Assembly (NCBI GenBank): GCA_964589775.1
Contig: CAZPUN010000021.1
Location: 53,768-117,767 of the forward strand
Length of the DNA: 64,000 nt
Direction: 5' to 3'
From: an uncultured archaeon
GTDB taxonomy: Archaea; Asgardarchaeota; Thorarchaeia; Thorarchaeales; CAZPUN01
Shown in pieces: positions 10,074 through 18,623 of this stretch; the stretch's first letter is position 1, and the number at the start of each line of letters is the position of its first letter. The translations under genes were made by a program, and so were the position numbers. The notes under the pieces were generated by a model, which saw nothing but the letters and a program-made list of their open reading frames with translations, was not told the origin of the DNA and did not search any database.

Positions 10074-11063
10074 ATGCTAGAACTAGAATCCGGAATTTTT
10101 CCTCATGTACTTTCTACTGGGTTCATTATGACTTATACAAAAAATAAATGCATGGCAAATTGTGCGTTTTGTCCTCAGGCACGTGAGAGTCATGGACGCG
10201 CAGATATGCTTTCACGGATTACGTGGCCTGATTATCCTTTCTCAATAGTACTTCAGAGAATCGTAGAAAAACATAAGAAGTTCAGCCGATTTTGTATTCA
10301 GACTATTAACTATCCGACAGTTATTGAGGATAGTATTGAAATTATATCAAATCTTCGCGCAAAGACAAAAAAACCAATTTCCATCGCTATTCATGCGATC
10401 ACTATTGATGATATGAAACGGCTAAAAGAAGCTGGAGCCACGAATATTTCAATTCCTCTAGATGGTGCGACAGAGGAAGTTTTCGAACGAATAAAAGGTT
10501 CTAAGACCGGAAGTCCATATCGTTGGGCTAGTCATAATAAAGCAATTGATGATGCATTAAAAGTATTTGGCATAAATAATGTTTCGACACACATTATTGT
10601 TGGACTTGGCGAGACTGAACAAGATGTTGTTAAACTAATTGATCAAATGTACAATAAAGGAGTTCGTGTAGCTCTTTTTGCATTTACTCCAATAAGAGGG
10701 ACTGCTCTTGAAAAAATGTCTCAGCCCGACCTTGGAAGCTATCGGCGGATCCAACTAATTCGCTACCTGCTTGAACGAAAATATATTTCATATTCTAACA
10801 TTTCCTTCACAAATGGAAAGATTGCGAATATCGATATTAACCTTGAAAAATTGTATCACGCGTTAAAAGTTGGCCAACCGTTTCGAGTATCTGGCTGCCC
10901 CGGCTGTAATCGCCCATATTATAACGAGCGTCCGCTTGGTCCTATGTATAATTATCATCGTCGTCTTTCTAAAGACGAAATTAATAAGGCGATTAATGAT
11001 TTAGAAATCAAAATAAATGGTGATAAGATTGGACAGATTTCGTTTAATACCATTCTCAGTTAA
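10074..11063 (+). CDS. Radical SAM protein, candidate LipS-type lipoyl synthase component
   Basis: The CxxxCxxC motif CMANCAFC is present. It sits immediately upstream of a split lipoate-protein ligase. I preferred the ATG at 10074 over the TTG at 10038. Confidence 0.55.
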   Translation: MLELESGIFPHVLSTGFIMTYTKNKCMANCAFCPQARESHGRADMLSRITWPDYPFSIVLQRIVEKHKKFSRFCIQTINYPTVIEDSIEIISNLRAKTKKPISIAIHAITIDDMKRLKEAGATNISIPLDGATEEVFERIKGSKTGSPYRWASHNKAIDDALKVFGINNVSTHIIVGLGETEQDVVKLIDQMYNKGVRVALFAFTPIRGTALEKMSQPDLGSYRRIQLIRYLLERKYISYSNISFTNGKIANIDINLEKLYHALKVGQPFRVSGCPGCNRPYYNERPLGPMYNYHRRLSKDEINKAINDLEIKINGDKIGQISFNTILS

Positions 11064-11796
11064 TAATGCCTTCAAAAATATGGCTATTGATGAAGCAATT
11101 ATGATTGCTGTATCTGAAGGAACAGTACTTCCAACTCTGCGATTTTATCGTTGGGAACCATCTGCAATTTCAATTGGAACATTTCAAAGTATGACTGATG
11201 AAGTCGATGTTGAAAAATGTAAAGAGCTTGGTGTTGATGTTGTACGTCGTATAACTGGTGGCGGTGCTGTATATCATGACAAAAAGGGCGAAGTAACATA
11301 TAGCATTGCTGTACCTTTAGGTCACAGACTAGCACCTTCTGATATTCTTGAATCATATAAAATAATATGTAGTGGAATAATTGAAGGCTTGAAATCACTT
11401 GGAATACATGCAGAATTCAGTCCGATAAATGATGTTATTGTGAATGGTAAGAAAATCTCCGGGAATGCTCAGACAAGGCGAAAGGGTGTTTTGCTCCAGC
11501 ATGGTACTGTGCTAGTTGATTTTGATCCGGAAACGATGTTTTCTCTACTTAAGGTTCCAGATGAGAAGATACGAGATAAAAAGATAAAATTAGTTAGAAA
11601 ACGAGTTACTTCGATTAGACATGAACTCGGTAAAATGTTACCTCTTGAGCATGTTGCAAAACAATTGCGTAAATCATTCCAAGAAGCGTTATCTATAGAT
11701 CTTGTTGAGGATGGATTGACCTCTTATGAACTAAAGTTGGCTGAAAAAATTGCTGCGGAACGATATCAGAATCATGATTGGAATTTTAGGAGATGA
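11017..11796 (+). CDS. lplA: Lipoate-protein ligase A, catalytic (N-terminal) subunit
   Basis: RLIPFSVNNAFKNMAIDEAIM resembles the E. coli LplA N-terminus. RRITGGGAVYHD and GKKISGNAQ (BPL/LPL catalytic lysine motif) are present. The start may instead be the ATG at 11080. Confidence 0.75.
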   Translation: MVIRLDRFRLIPFSVNNAFKNMAIDEAIMIAVSEGTVLPTLRFYRWEPSAISIGTFQSMTDEVDVEKCKELGVDVVRRITGGGAVYHDKKGEVTYSIAVPLGHRLAPSDILESYKIICSGIIEGLKSLGIHAEFSPINDVIVNGKKISGNAQTRRKGVLLQHGTVLVDFDPETMFSLLKVPDEKIRDKKIKLVRKRVTSIRHELGKMLPLEHVAKQLRKSFQEALSIDLVEDGLTSYELKLAEKIAAERYQNHDWNFRR

Positions 11797-12071
11797 AACT
11801 AATGCAGATGATCGATTATAAAGTTCCTGGTGGGAAACTCCTTCGTATAAAAGCTGAAATTCAAGATGGCAAAATTGATAAAGTTATGATCTTAGGCGAT
11901 TTTTTTGTACACCCTGAAGACGCAATTGAAGAAATCGAGAAATCACTTTATGGCTGTCCTTTAAATAAAAACGATATTTTAGAGAGAATAAATCGCATAA
12001 TTTCCAGAGGCGTTTCTATAATCGGGTTCTCAGCTGAAGATGTCGCTGAAGTTTTGCTTCAAATGAAATAG
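11793..12071 (+). CDS. Lipoate-protein ligase C-terminal domain protein (LplB-like)
   Basis: DYKVPGGKLLRIKAEIQDGKIDKVMILGDFF matches the LplA C-terminal domain. It is translationally coupled to lplA (ATGA). Confidence 0.65.
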   Translation: MKLMQMIDYKVPGGKLLRIKAEIQDGKIDKVMILGDFFVHPEDAIEEIEKSLYGCPLNKNDILERINRIISRGVSIIGFSAEDVAEVLLQMK

Positions 12072-12185
12072 AATGATGTATTCATGTATTTTCTCTCTAA
12101 CCAATAAACCCTTATATATTATTTTTTTCACTTTATAACTGCATTATAATTTATTATGTTAAATAAATAATAGGGGCACAAAATC

Positions 12186-12764
12186 GTGAGCATACACTCT
12201 CCTCTCCGTCGTACAAGGACTGGCGAACGTACCGTAACCTTGGTGGGTCCTTATGATCTAATTGAGTTATTTGATGTATTTGGAAATATATCGGAATCTG
12301 ATGAGCAGTGGCATTCGCTAAGAATAAAGTATGCTTCTAAATTGAATGATAAAAAGGCAAAACAATGCCTTGCTGAAGCGCGACGAATAGCTCATAAGAA
12401 AAAGAATGGAAGCGATGAACTAAAAGCAAAGCAGGCGTTATTATTACTATCACTGTATTTGATTATTGAGACCTATTATGAGCATAACGAAAATTATTAT
12501 ATGTTAGGAAAATCAATCGCTGAAGAATTAGATGCCTTAAAAAAACTGGGACAGATTGATGTCTTTCACAGTCGTCTTCAACATTATATCGAGCGATTCT
12601 TAGCAGAAACTATTCATAGTGGTACTGAAAAAATCACGCCGGCAATAATTTCTTTTGTTGAGAGTTGTAGAAAATACAACATTCCCATTGAATCTCCTGA
12701 ACTACTCGCATTATATGAAACATTCACAGATCCCAGCAAAACAATTAAGAAAAATGTTATCTAA
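12186..12764 (+). CDS. Hypothetical protein (192 aa, GTG start)
   Basis: Predicted helical. No family recognised. Confidence 0.35.
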   Translation: MSIHSPLRRTRTGERTVTLVGPYDLIELFDVFGNISESDEQWHSLRIKYASKLNDKKAKQCLAEARRIAHKKKNGSDELKAKQALLLLSLYLIIETYYEHNENYYMLGKSIAEELDALKKLGQIDVFHSRLQHYIERFLAETIHSGTEKITPAIISFVESCRKYNIPIESPELLALYETFTDPSKTIKKNVI

Positions 12765-12774
12765 TTAGGCATCA

Positions 12775-13467
12775 CTATTTTTCTTTTCTTTTTTGTATAT
12801 CCGAAATTAAATACATTTCATCCATCATCTTTCCTATTTTTGGATCGTGCGTTACAACAACAAGTGAGCCGCCTTCATATTTTGTTTCCTTGATTAAAAG
12901 ATCCATAATGACTTTTGCAGTCGAAGGGTCCAAATCTGCCGTGGGTTCATCTGCAAGAATAATTTTCGGCTTGTTAGCTAAAGCTCTCGCAATTGCTACG
13001 CGTTGTTGTTCGCCTCCAGATAATTCGTTGGGATAGTGATCCATTCGTTCTTGTAAATTCACCCGCTCCAAAAGCTCTTGTGCGCGTTGTAATCGTTTTT
13101 CTTTATCAATTCCTGCAATTTGCATGGGAAGCATTACATTTTCTAAAGCCGTCATTACTGGAACTAAATTATAGAATTGAAAAACAAAGCCAATATCCCA
13201 TAGTCTTATACTTGCAAGTGCATTTTCTGACATGGTGGTTATATTCTTATTATCAATAAAAACTTCACCTGAAGTGGGTCTGTCAAGAGTTCCAATTATA
13301 TTTAGAAGTGTTGTTTTACCTGAGCCAGATGGACCCATGATCGATATTGAACGGCCTTTTTCTAGCTGTAAATTTACGTTGTTTAAAATATGAAATACTT
13401 TGCCGTCTTTATAATAATCCTTCGATACATTTTTGACATAAAGTAAGAGATTATCACTGCTTGACAT
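12775..13467 (-). CDS. ABC transporter ATP-binding protein (LolD/MacB-like); no permease adjacent
   Basis: Walker A is GPSGSGKTT. The ABC signature LSGGEQQRVAIARAL and Walker B ILADEPTADLD are present. I preferred the internal ATG (MSSSDN) at 13467. Confidence 0.85.
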   Translation of the reverse strand: MSSSDNLLLYVKNVSKDYYKDGKVFHILNNVNLQLEKGRSISIMGPSGSGKTTLLNIIGTLDRPTSGEVFIDNKNITTMSENALASIRLWDIGFVFQFYNLVPVMTALENVMLPMQIAGIDKEKRLQRAQELLERVNLQERMDHYPNELSGGEQQRVAIARALANKPKIILADEPTADLDPSTAKVIMDLLIKETKYEGGSLVVVTHDPKIGKMMDEMYLISDIQKRKEK

Positions 13468-13644
13468 AATAGTTAATACTTTTAAAAAACATCTTTTATG
13501 ATTTGTTATTATATTATTTCTGAAAATCTGTAATCGTTTATATATGTAAAAGAAATATTTGATGTACACTTTTTTATCTCAAAATTTTTGTAAAAATTTA
13601 TATTTGTATATGACATATTTATTTCTAATAATGAGGTAATTATC

Positions 13645-13923
13645 ATGACGTACGGATTTCTTGTCTTCTATAAATTTAAGCAACTAAATGAGGAGGAAGA
13701 AAAGAAGGCAAGAAACTTTTGGAAGGAGTTTAGAAATAATTTACCGGGAAATATAAAATTGGTCGGAGAATATAAACACGCTTGGGGTACCCAGTGGAAT
13801 GGATATCTCGTTCTTGAAGCCGAAACTATGAATGATTTCATTAAATTTTGGCCCATTTTTAGAGATAAAACCCGCTGGTATGTGCAAGCGACGGAGACTA
13901 TAATCTCAACGAAAACTGAATGA
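13645..13923 (+). CDS. Hypothetical small protein (92 aa)
   Basis: There is good SD-like context (AATGAGGTAA). It is followed by a strong terminator hairpin. Confidence 0.4.
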   Translation: MTYGFLVFYKFKQLNEEEEKKARNFWKEFRNNLPGNIKLVGEYKHAWGTQWNGYLVLEAETMNDFIKFWPIFRDKTRWYVQATETIISTKTE

Positions 13924-13946
13924 AAGGAGGATAGATCAGCCCCACT

Positions 13947-13998
13947 AGATGATGCGCATACGTTGTGCATCATCTTCTCTTTTGTTTATTGATTTTTT
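13947..13998 (+). terminator. Hairpin plus T-tract terminator
   Basis: A 12-bp stem (AGATGATGCGCA / TGTGCATCATCT, one G-U) at 13947-13975 with a TACGT loop is followed by TCTCTTTTGTTTATTGATTTTTT. Confidence 0.6.
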
Positions 13999-14119
13999 CG
14001 CGATATGATCAATGCTATTTTTAAAACCCATATCATAAAAAAGGATATTTATAAATTTTTGATAATCTCGAAATTGATTTTTAATGTGTATTTAAGTAAG
14101 AGAATCTTATGTAAATACA

Positions 14120-14584
14120 CTATATTCTATTTTTTTCTTTTATGTATTTTAAAATTTCAAGATGTATTGTTGTTGGGTCTTTTTGATATACTTTCGGCGT
14201 AAATCTCTTTGCACGCACGATTGCTTTATCTAATTGTGAAAGGTCTTTACACCAAATTAGATATCCATTTGTATCCATATATTCTGCCAATTGGTCTTGA
14301 TGTGCATCAAGCAGATCTTTATTTGTAACTACTATTAGTTTTCGGCCCTTTTGTATATTCTCAAATATCGTTCCTGAGCCCGCAGAAGCAATTATGATAT
14401 TTGCTTTTTCATAATATGGTTCTAAACTTGGAACTAATCTCACATATCCAAAATTCTTAGGAATATACTCTCCAATGCCAATTTGGGCAAATACCTCATC
14501 CTTGATTTTTCCTTTTTCAACTAGTTCATCAACGGCTTTGACTAATTTATCAAATTTATATGTTCCAACTGTAACAAAGATCAT
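14120..14584 (-). CDS. Alg13-like glycosyltransferase subunit (GT28 C-terminal domain)
   Basis: The N-terminal MIFVTVGTYKFDKL is the Alg13/MurG C-terminal domain signature. It overlaps the Alg14-like gene by 4 nt. Confidence 0.7.
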   Translation of the reverse strand: MIFVTVGTYKFDKLVKAVDELVEKGKIKDEVFAQIGIGEYIPKNFGYVRLVPSLEPYYEKANIIIASAGSGTIFENIQKGRKLIVVTNKDLLDAHQDQLAEYMDTNGYLIWCKDLSQLDKAIVRAKRFTPKVYQKDPTTIHLEILKYIKEKNRI

Positions 14585-15069
14585 ATTAACTTACCCCGAT
14601 AAATTGCCTTTGGATATTTCTTAGCAAGTTCTTTCCATTGTACAAAAAAGAGATCCGTTCGGCCATACATTATTTTTCCTGTCATCGACAGTTCTTTAAT
14701 TCTACTAAGGCTTTCTATATAAAAGGTATATAGCCCAAGAACCTTTGCAGCAAAAAATACCGGTACAGTTAGTCCACTTCCCGGACTCGCAACAGCAGCA
14801 ATTTTGTGCTTTCTAAGTAAATTTAGCATAACAAAAAATGTCTTTATAGTTCTATATGCCGATTTAATCTTGCTTGCATGAGGATCATCACGAGGTGAAT
14901 CTACATGAATGATCGTACCGGGGAGTTTTTTATTCCGAATCTTCTTCTCTCCAAGTTCATTTGTCTTGGACATTATATATACTAACTCTACGTAATCTTT
15001 CAAAGATTCTGCAAGCTTAATTCCCTGCCGTGTATGCCCACCTTTTCCAAGTACTATAGCTATTTTCAT
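14581..15069 (-). CDS. Alg14-like protein (UDP-GlcNAc transferase membrane-anchor subunit)
   Basis: IAIVLGKGGHTRQ is the GGHT motif of Alg14. It is paired with the Alg13-like gene. Confidence 0.7.
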   Translation of the reverse strand: MKIAIVLGKGGHTRQGIKLAESLKDYVELVYIMSKTNELGEKKIRNKKLPGTIIHVDSPRDDPHASKIKSAYRTIKTFFVMLNLLRKHKIAAVASPGSGLTVPVFFAAKVLGLYTFYIESLSRIKELSMTGKIMYGRTDLFFVQWKELAKKYPKAIYRGKLI

Positions 15070-15265
15070 TTTTCTAATCGCCAGTTCTATAATCTTTATG
15101 TTTCTTTTTTAATTTATTGTGACAGGCTTAATCAGACGTCTCAGTATATTATTTCCTTATTATATATGCAATACGTGAAGAATACTTACTTTTATTTATT
15201 TTTATGAGAATATTTCCAATAGAAATAAAGGTTAATTAGTTAAAAAATAAATTAAGTGATGCGTT

Positions 15266-16036
15266 ATGAGCATTAAAAAAGACCGACCGACCACGTCCAA
15301 GCGTCCTCAAACCCAAGGTAAGAAATTAGCCAAGAAAGATCTATTAAGGCTCAGGGGATTGAGTCTTTCATTTAGGATGTATTATTTTGAGAAAGATCTT
15401 ACCGTTTCACAAGTGATGAGTAAAATTAAATCTGCATTAGGTGATGAGGGATTCATATCTGCATCTCAACAGCCTGACCGTGTATCTGCCGAATTTATTA
15501 TTAGTTTTCCAGTTCATGTATCTGGGCTCGATTCATATGGGAACATAATGCCCATGACCTACATGGCACAGGAGAAAGGTACTGTTATTATCAAGCCAGA
15601 GACTCGTACTATTGAGGTACGTGGTTCAAAGAGGGTAGCAAAGCGTGCGATTTATACATTAGAGAAGATCTTCAATATGAAGATAAACTCTCTAGGTTTC
15701 AATAATGGTGGAATGGCAGAACTGTATAAGAAAGCAAACACTATTGGATCTGTTTTGATTACGGATATGGAAAATCCATATTTGCGAGCTATTGAAATTA
15801 GCGGAGAATCTGTTCGTAACGCACCTGAAATTGGTGTATTTACACGACGCCAGAAGGGAAAGATTTCCCGATTTCGTGGTGCATTTGAGTTTCCCTCGGG
15901 TCAAATATTGACGACTACAATTGACGCTGATGGAAGTGTAATTATATACAAGAAAGGCGAAGGACTATACGCATTGGACGTGGATTGGTTCGTACAAACA
16001 TTAGAGGAGACTGCCCTTGCACATCTTGAAGGATAG
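15266..16036 (+). CDS. Hypothetical protein with a basic N-terminus (256 aa)
   Basis: The N-terminus is KRPQTQGKKLAKK. No family recognised. Confidence 0.4.
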   Translation: MSIKKDRPTTSKRPQTQGKKLAKKDLLRLRGLSLSFRMYYFEKDLTVSQVMSKIKSALGDEGFISASQQPDRVSAEFIISFPVHVSGLDSYGNIMPMTYMAQEKGTVIIKPETRTIEVRGSKRVAKRAIYTLEKIFNMKINSLGFNNGGMAELYKKANTIGSVLITDMENPYLRAIEISGESVRNAPEIGVFTRRQKGKISRFRGAFEFPSGQILTTTIDADGSVIIYKKGEGLYALDVDWFVQTLEETALAHLEG

Positions 16037-16079
16037 GATGCGCGTGGGCTTTTCTCCTCATCTTTCAAACTTTTTTTGA

Positions 16080-17138
16080 TTATATATCAAAAGTAAACTC
16101 TGCAGGATCTGTTTCTTCTAAGACGTATGCAAGTAATTTTCCGGTGTTTTCAATATCTGCGAGTTTTCCAAGCTCTACGGGGCTATGCATATATCTTATT
16201 GGTATTGACAATAGGGCCGTTATTACTCCTTTTCCTGCTACTTGTATTGCCCAAGCGTCAGTTCCAGATGAACCGAATACTGGTTCGAGTTGATGATCTA
16301 TTTTCTTTTCTTTGGCGATTTTTATTATTTTATCCACGAATGGTTTGAAGAAGTTTTGTCCGATGCCAATTACGGGGCCTGCACCCAGTTTTATTTCTCC
16401 AATATCTTTTGCAGTAGTCTGATTTGATATGCCAAAGGTAACATCTAAGGCGATTCCTAAGTCGGGTTCAAGACGTTTTGCTGCTACAGTTGCGCCTCTT
16501 AGTCCAACTTCTTCTTGGGTAGTTGCAACAAAGTATACATCGGCTTTTAGTTTCTTCTTGTCAATGTTTTGTAGTGCATATAGCATTGCAGTAACACATG
16601 CTTTGTCATCTAAAGCTGGACCTGCTACGCTGCCTTTCACGCCTAACTCATCAATATGTGCGTCTATAGAAATAGGGTCTCCAATTGTAATTCCTAAATC
16701 TTCAATATCTTTTTTATCTACTGCACCAATATCTACAACAAGATCTTTAACTTTTGGTAGTTTTTCATCTTTATCAAGGTGGGGAGGTTTACCACCAATA
16801 ACACCCTTTATTGGACCTTTTGAAGTATGGATAATTACTTTTTGTGATAGTAATGCTTTTGCTGAAAAGCCTCTTGTGGTTATCATAATATCTCCAGAAG
16901 ATGTAAATCCTTTTACCATCATACCAACTTGATCAATATGTGCTGCAATCATGATTTTTTTATCCGAGCCTGTCTTTACAACGGCATACGTATTTCCCAT
17001 AACATCTGAAAAAATCTCATCTGCATAATCTTTTGCTTCTGAAATAAACACTTTCCTTGCGGGTATTTCATAACCAGATACACTTGGAGCATCAATTAAT
17101 CTGGTCAAAATTTCTCCTACATTGCTCATGAGACTCAT
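16080..17138 (-). CDS. M42 family metallopeptidase (TET/FrvX-type aminopeptidase)
   Basis: IMIAAHIDQVG, ATTQEEVGLRGA and SGTDAW match the M42 family. Confidence 0.85.
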   Translation of the reverse strand: MSLMSNVGEILTRLIDAPSVSGYEIPARKVFISEAKDYADEIFSDVMGNTYAVVKTGSDKKIMIAAHIDQVGMMVKGFTSSGDIMITTRGFSAKALLSQKVIIHTSKGPIKGVIGGKPPHLDKDEKLPKVKDLVVDIGAVDKKDIEDLGITIGDPISIDAHIDELGVKGSVAGPALDDKACVTAMLYALQNIDKKKLKADVYFVATTQEEVGLRGATVAAKRLEPDLGIALDVTFGISNQTTAKDIGEIKLGAGPVIGIGQNFFKPFVDKIIKIAKEKKIDHQLEPVFGSSGTDAWAIQVAGKGVITALLSIPIRYMHSPVELGKLADIENTGKLLAYVLEETDPAEFTFDI

Positions 17139-17210
17139 CTCCTAGGTCAATGATATTCATAACCTACTTAATATTATTTTGATTTATACTAAAAAAAAGA
17201 AGATAAAATA

Positions 17211-18413
17211 CTATTGCATATACGTTTTAATGATTATTGATATTATTGGAATAAGCGACGATGTAACTATTTTTAAGAGCGTGCTCGTAGTGATTGGGAA
17301 TGTTTTATATGCCTTTACTTCTGAAATCATTGAATTCAAAATTTCCATATCCTTATTCAATATCGCTTTGGTTTCCTCAACTTTTTGGCTTCGTCCCATT
17401 GCCATTAGGAGCATGTATTTTTGTTCTAACTCGTCATATACAAGTTCAAATATATCAAGGAAAGAGCGTTTCACATTTCGCATAGATTTCCATATTGTTT
17501 TTGTTGAAATTATTAAGGAAATTAAGGCAAAAAGTGTAAGTATGGATAATGCAAAATAATCTGTACCTTGCAATTTTGTATTGTTTAATATGGCATATAT
17601 AACAATAACGCCGGAGAATGTGATTGTAATCCCTAGAATTGCATATGTTAATATTAGTGGTATTTTCGTGATTTCTTCTATATTTTCTCTAAACCTATGG
17701 AAGGGTTCCATGTGTTCAATTGTTTCGTGTAATTTCTCTATGTTGGGTTTGTCGCTAGTAGCATATAGTATTTCGTTTTTCAATAACGTATTTAAATGCC
17801 ATATTTTGAGATTTTCTTTCTTTATTGCTTTATTGATCATAGTCATAATATAAATTGCTGAATAAACTGCTGCAGAACCATGAAGTATTATAAGCCCAAA
17901 GTATGTTTGGTCGAGGATAAATACAATTATGTTAAATGGAAAGTGGATCAGATATTTACCATAGAACATATAAGAATTAAGACCCAAAATTAATTGGTAA
18001 TTATATATTCCATATATTGCAATTCCCATCAAAAGTCCATATTTTAAATCCTTGTAGTTAAATAAATGGGTTTTAATATCATTTCTTATAATATCAATAT
18101 CTTTTTCATCTTTAATAATGCTTTTCATTATTTTGTAGTATTTACTATCTGGATCTCCATATCCAAACAAGTCAAGTGCTTTTGGAAATAATGTCTTAAT
18201 TGCCAAAAGTGCGATATATACCAGAACAGTAGTTGTGATGTTTATTATGTTGAATGGGTAATCAAAGATACTATATCCTTCAATTTGCATTATTGCTCCG
18301 ATAATAGTGTTTAGTATTAATATGTACAGCGTTAGAATCTTGTAGTCTAAAAATGGTGATCTTAATATAAATAATGTAGCCCCATTATCAAGGTATTTTT
18401 TAAAAGAATTCAT
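17211..18413 (-). CDS. Polytopic membrane protein; paralog of the 18624..19892 protein
   Basis: It has about 10 predicted TM helices. Its C-terminus (LIPIISIIIKTYMQ) resembles the paralog's LPIISVIANTLLKAIF. Confidence 0.5.
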   Translation of the reverse strand: MNSFKKYLDNGATLFILRSPFLDYKILTLYILILNTIIGAIMQIEGYSIFDYPFNIINITTTVLVYIALLAIKTLFPKALDLFGYGDPDSKYYKIMKSIIKDEKDIDIIRNDIKTHLFNYKDLKYGLLMGIAIYGIYNYQLILGLNSYMFYGKYLIHFPFNIIVFILDQTYFGLIILHGSAAVYSAIYIMTMINKAIKKENLKIWHLNTLLKNEILYATSDKPNIEKLHETIEHMEPFHRFRENIEEITKIPLILTYAILGITITFSGVIVIYAILNNTKLQGTDYFALSILTLFALISLIISTKTIWKSMRNVKRSFLDIFELVYDELEQKYMLLMAMGRSQKVEETKAILNKDMEILNSMISEVKAYKTFPITTSTLLKIVTSSLIPIISIIIKTYMQ

Positions 18414-18610
18414 TTATTTCTCCAGTCCTCCTGTTTTTCATCTGGCTCAATTAATATAGCAAGAAGTGCTCCTCCAAAGGCTGATGTGATTGCTAAGAAT
18501 AACCAATCTACTTTATCCTTAAATATTAGGGGTGAAACAATATATGCAACGATAAATGCTATGAATGCCATAACGACCATGCGTAGCTGCATTATCTTGT
18601 AGCTTTTCAA
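18410..18610 (-). CDS. Small two-TM membrane protein (66 aa)
   Basis: It has two hydrophobic helices and overlaps its neighbours at both ends (ATGA). Confidence 0.4.
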   Translation of the reverse strand: MKSYKIMQLRMVVMAFIAFIVAYIVSPLIFKDKVDWLFLAITSAFGGALLAILIEPDEKQEDWRNK

Positions 18611-18623
18611 ATTTTCACCTCCC

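Noticed and set aside
12775-13467. Orphan ABC ATPase as part of a novel system
   Set aside because: Lone ABC ATPase genes with partners encoded elsewhere are common. Nothing unusual is seen in the sequence.
16127-16932. Antisense ORFs (16127-16348, 16429-16932) within the M42 peptidase gene
   Set aside because: They are shadow ORFs of a high-confidence CDS.
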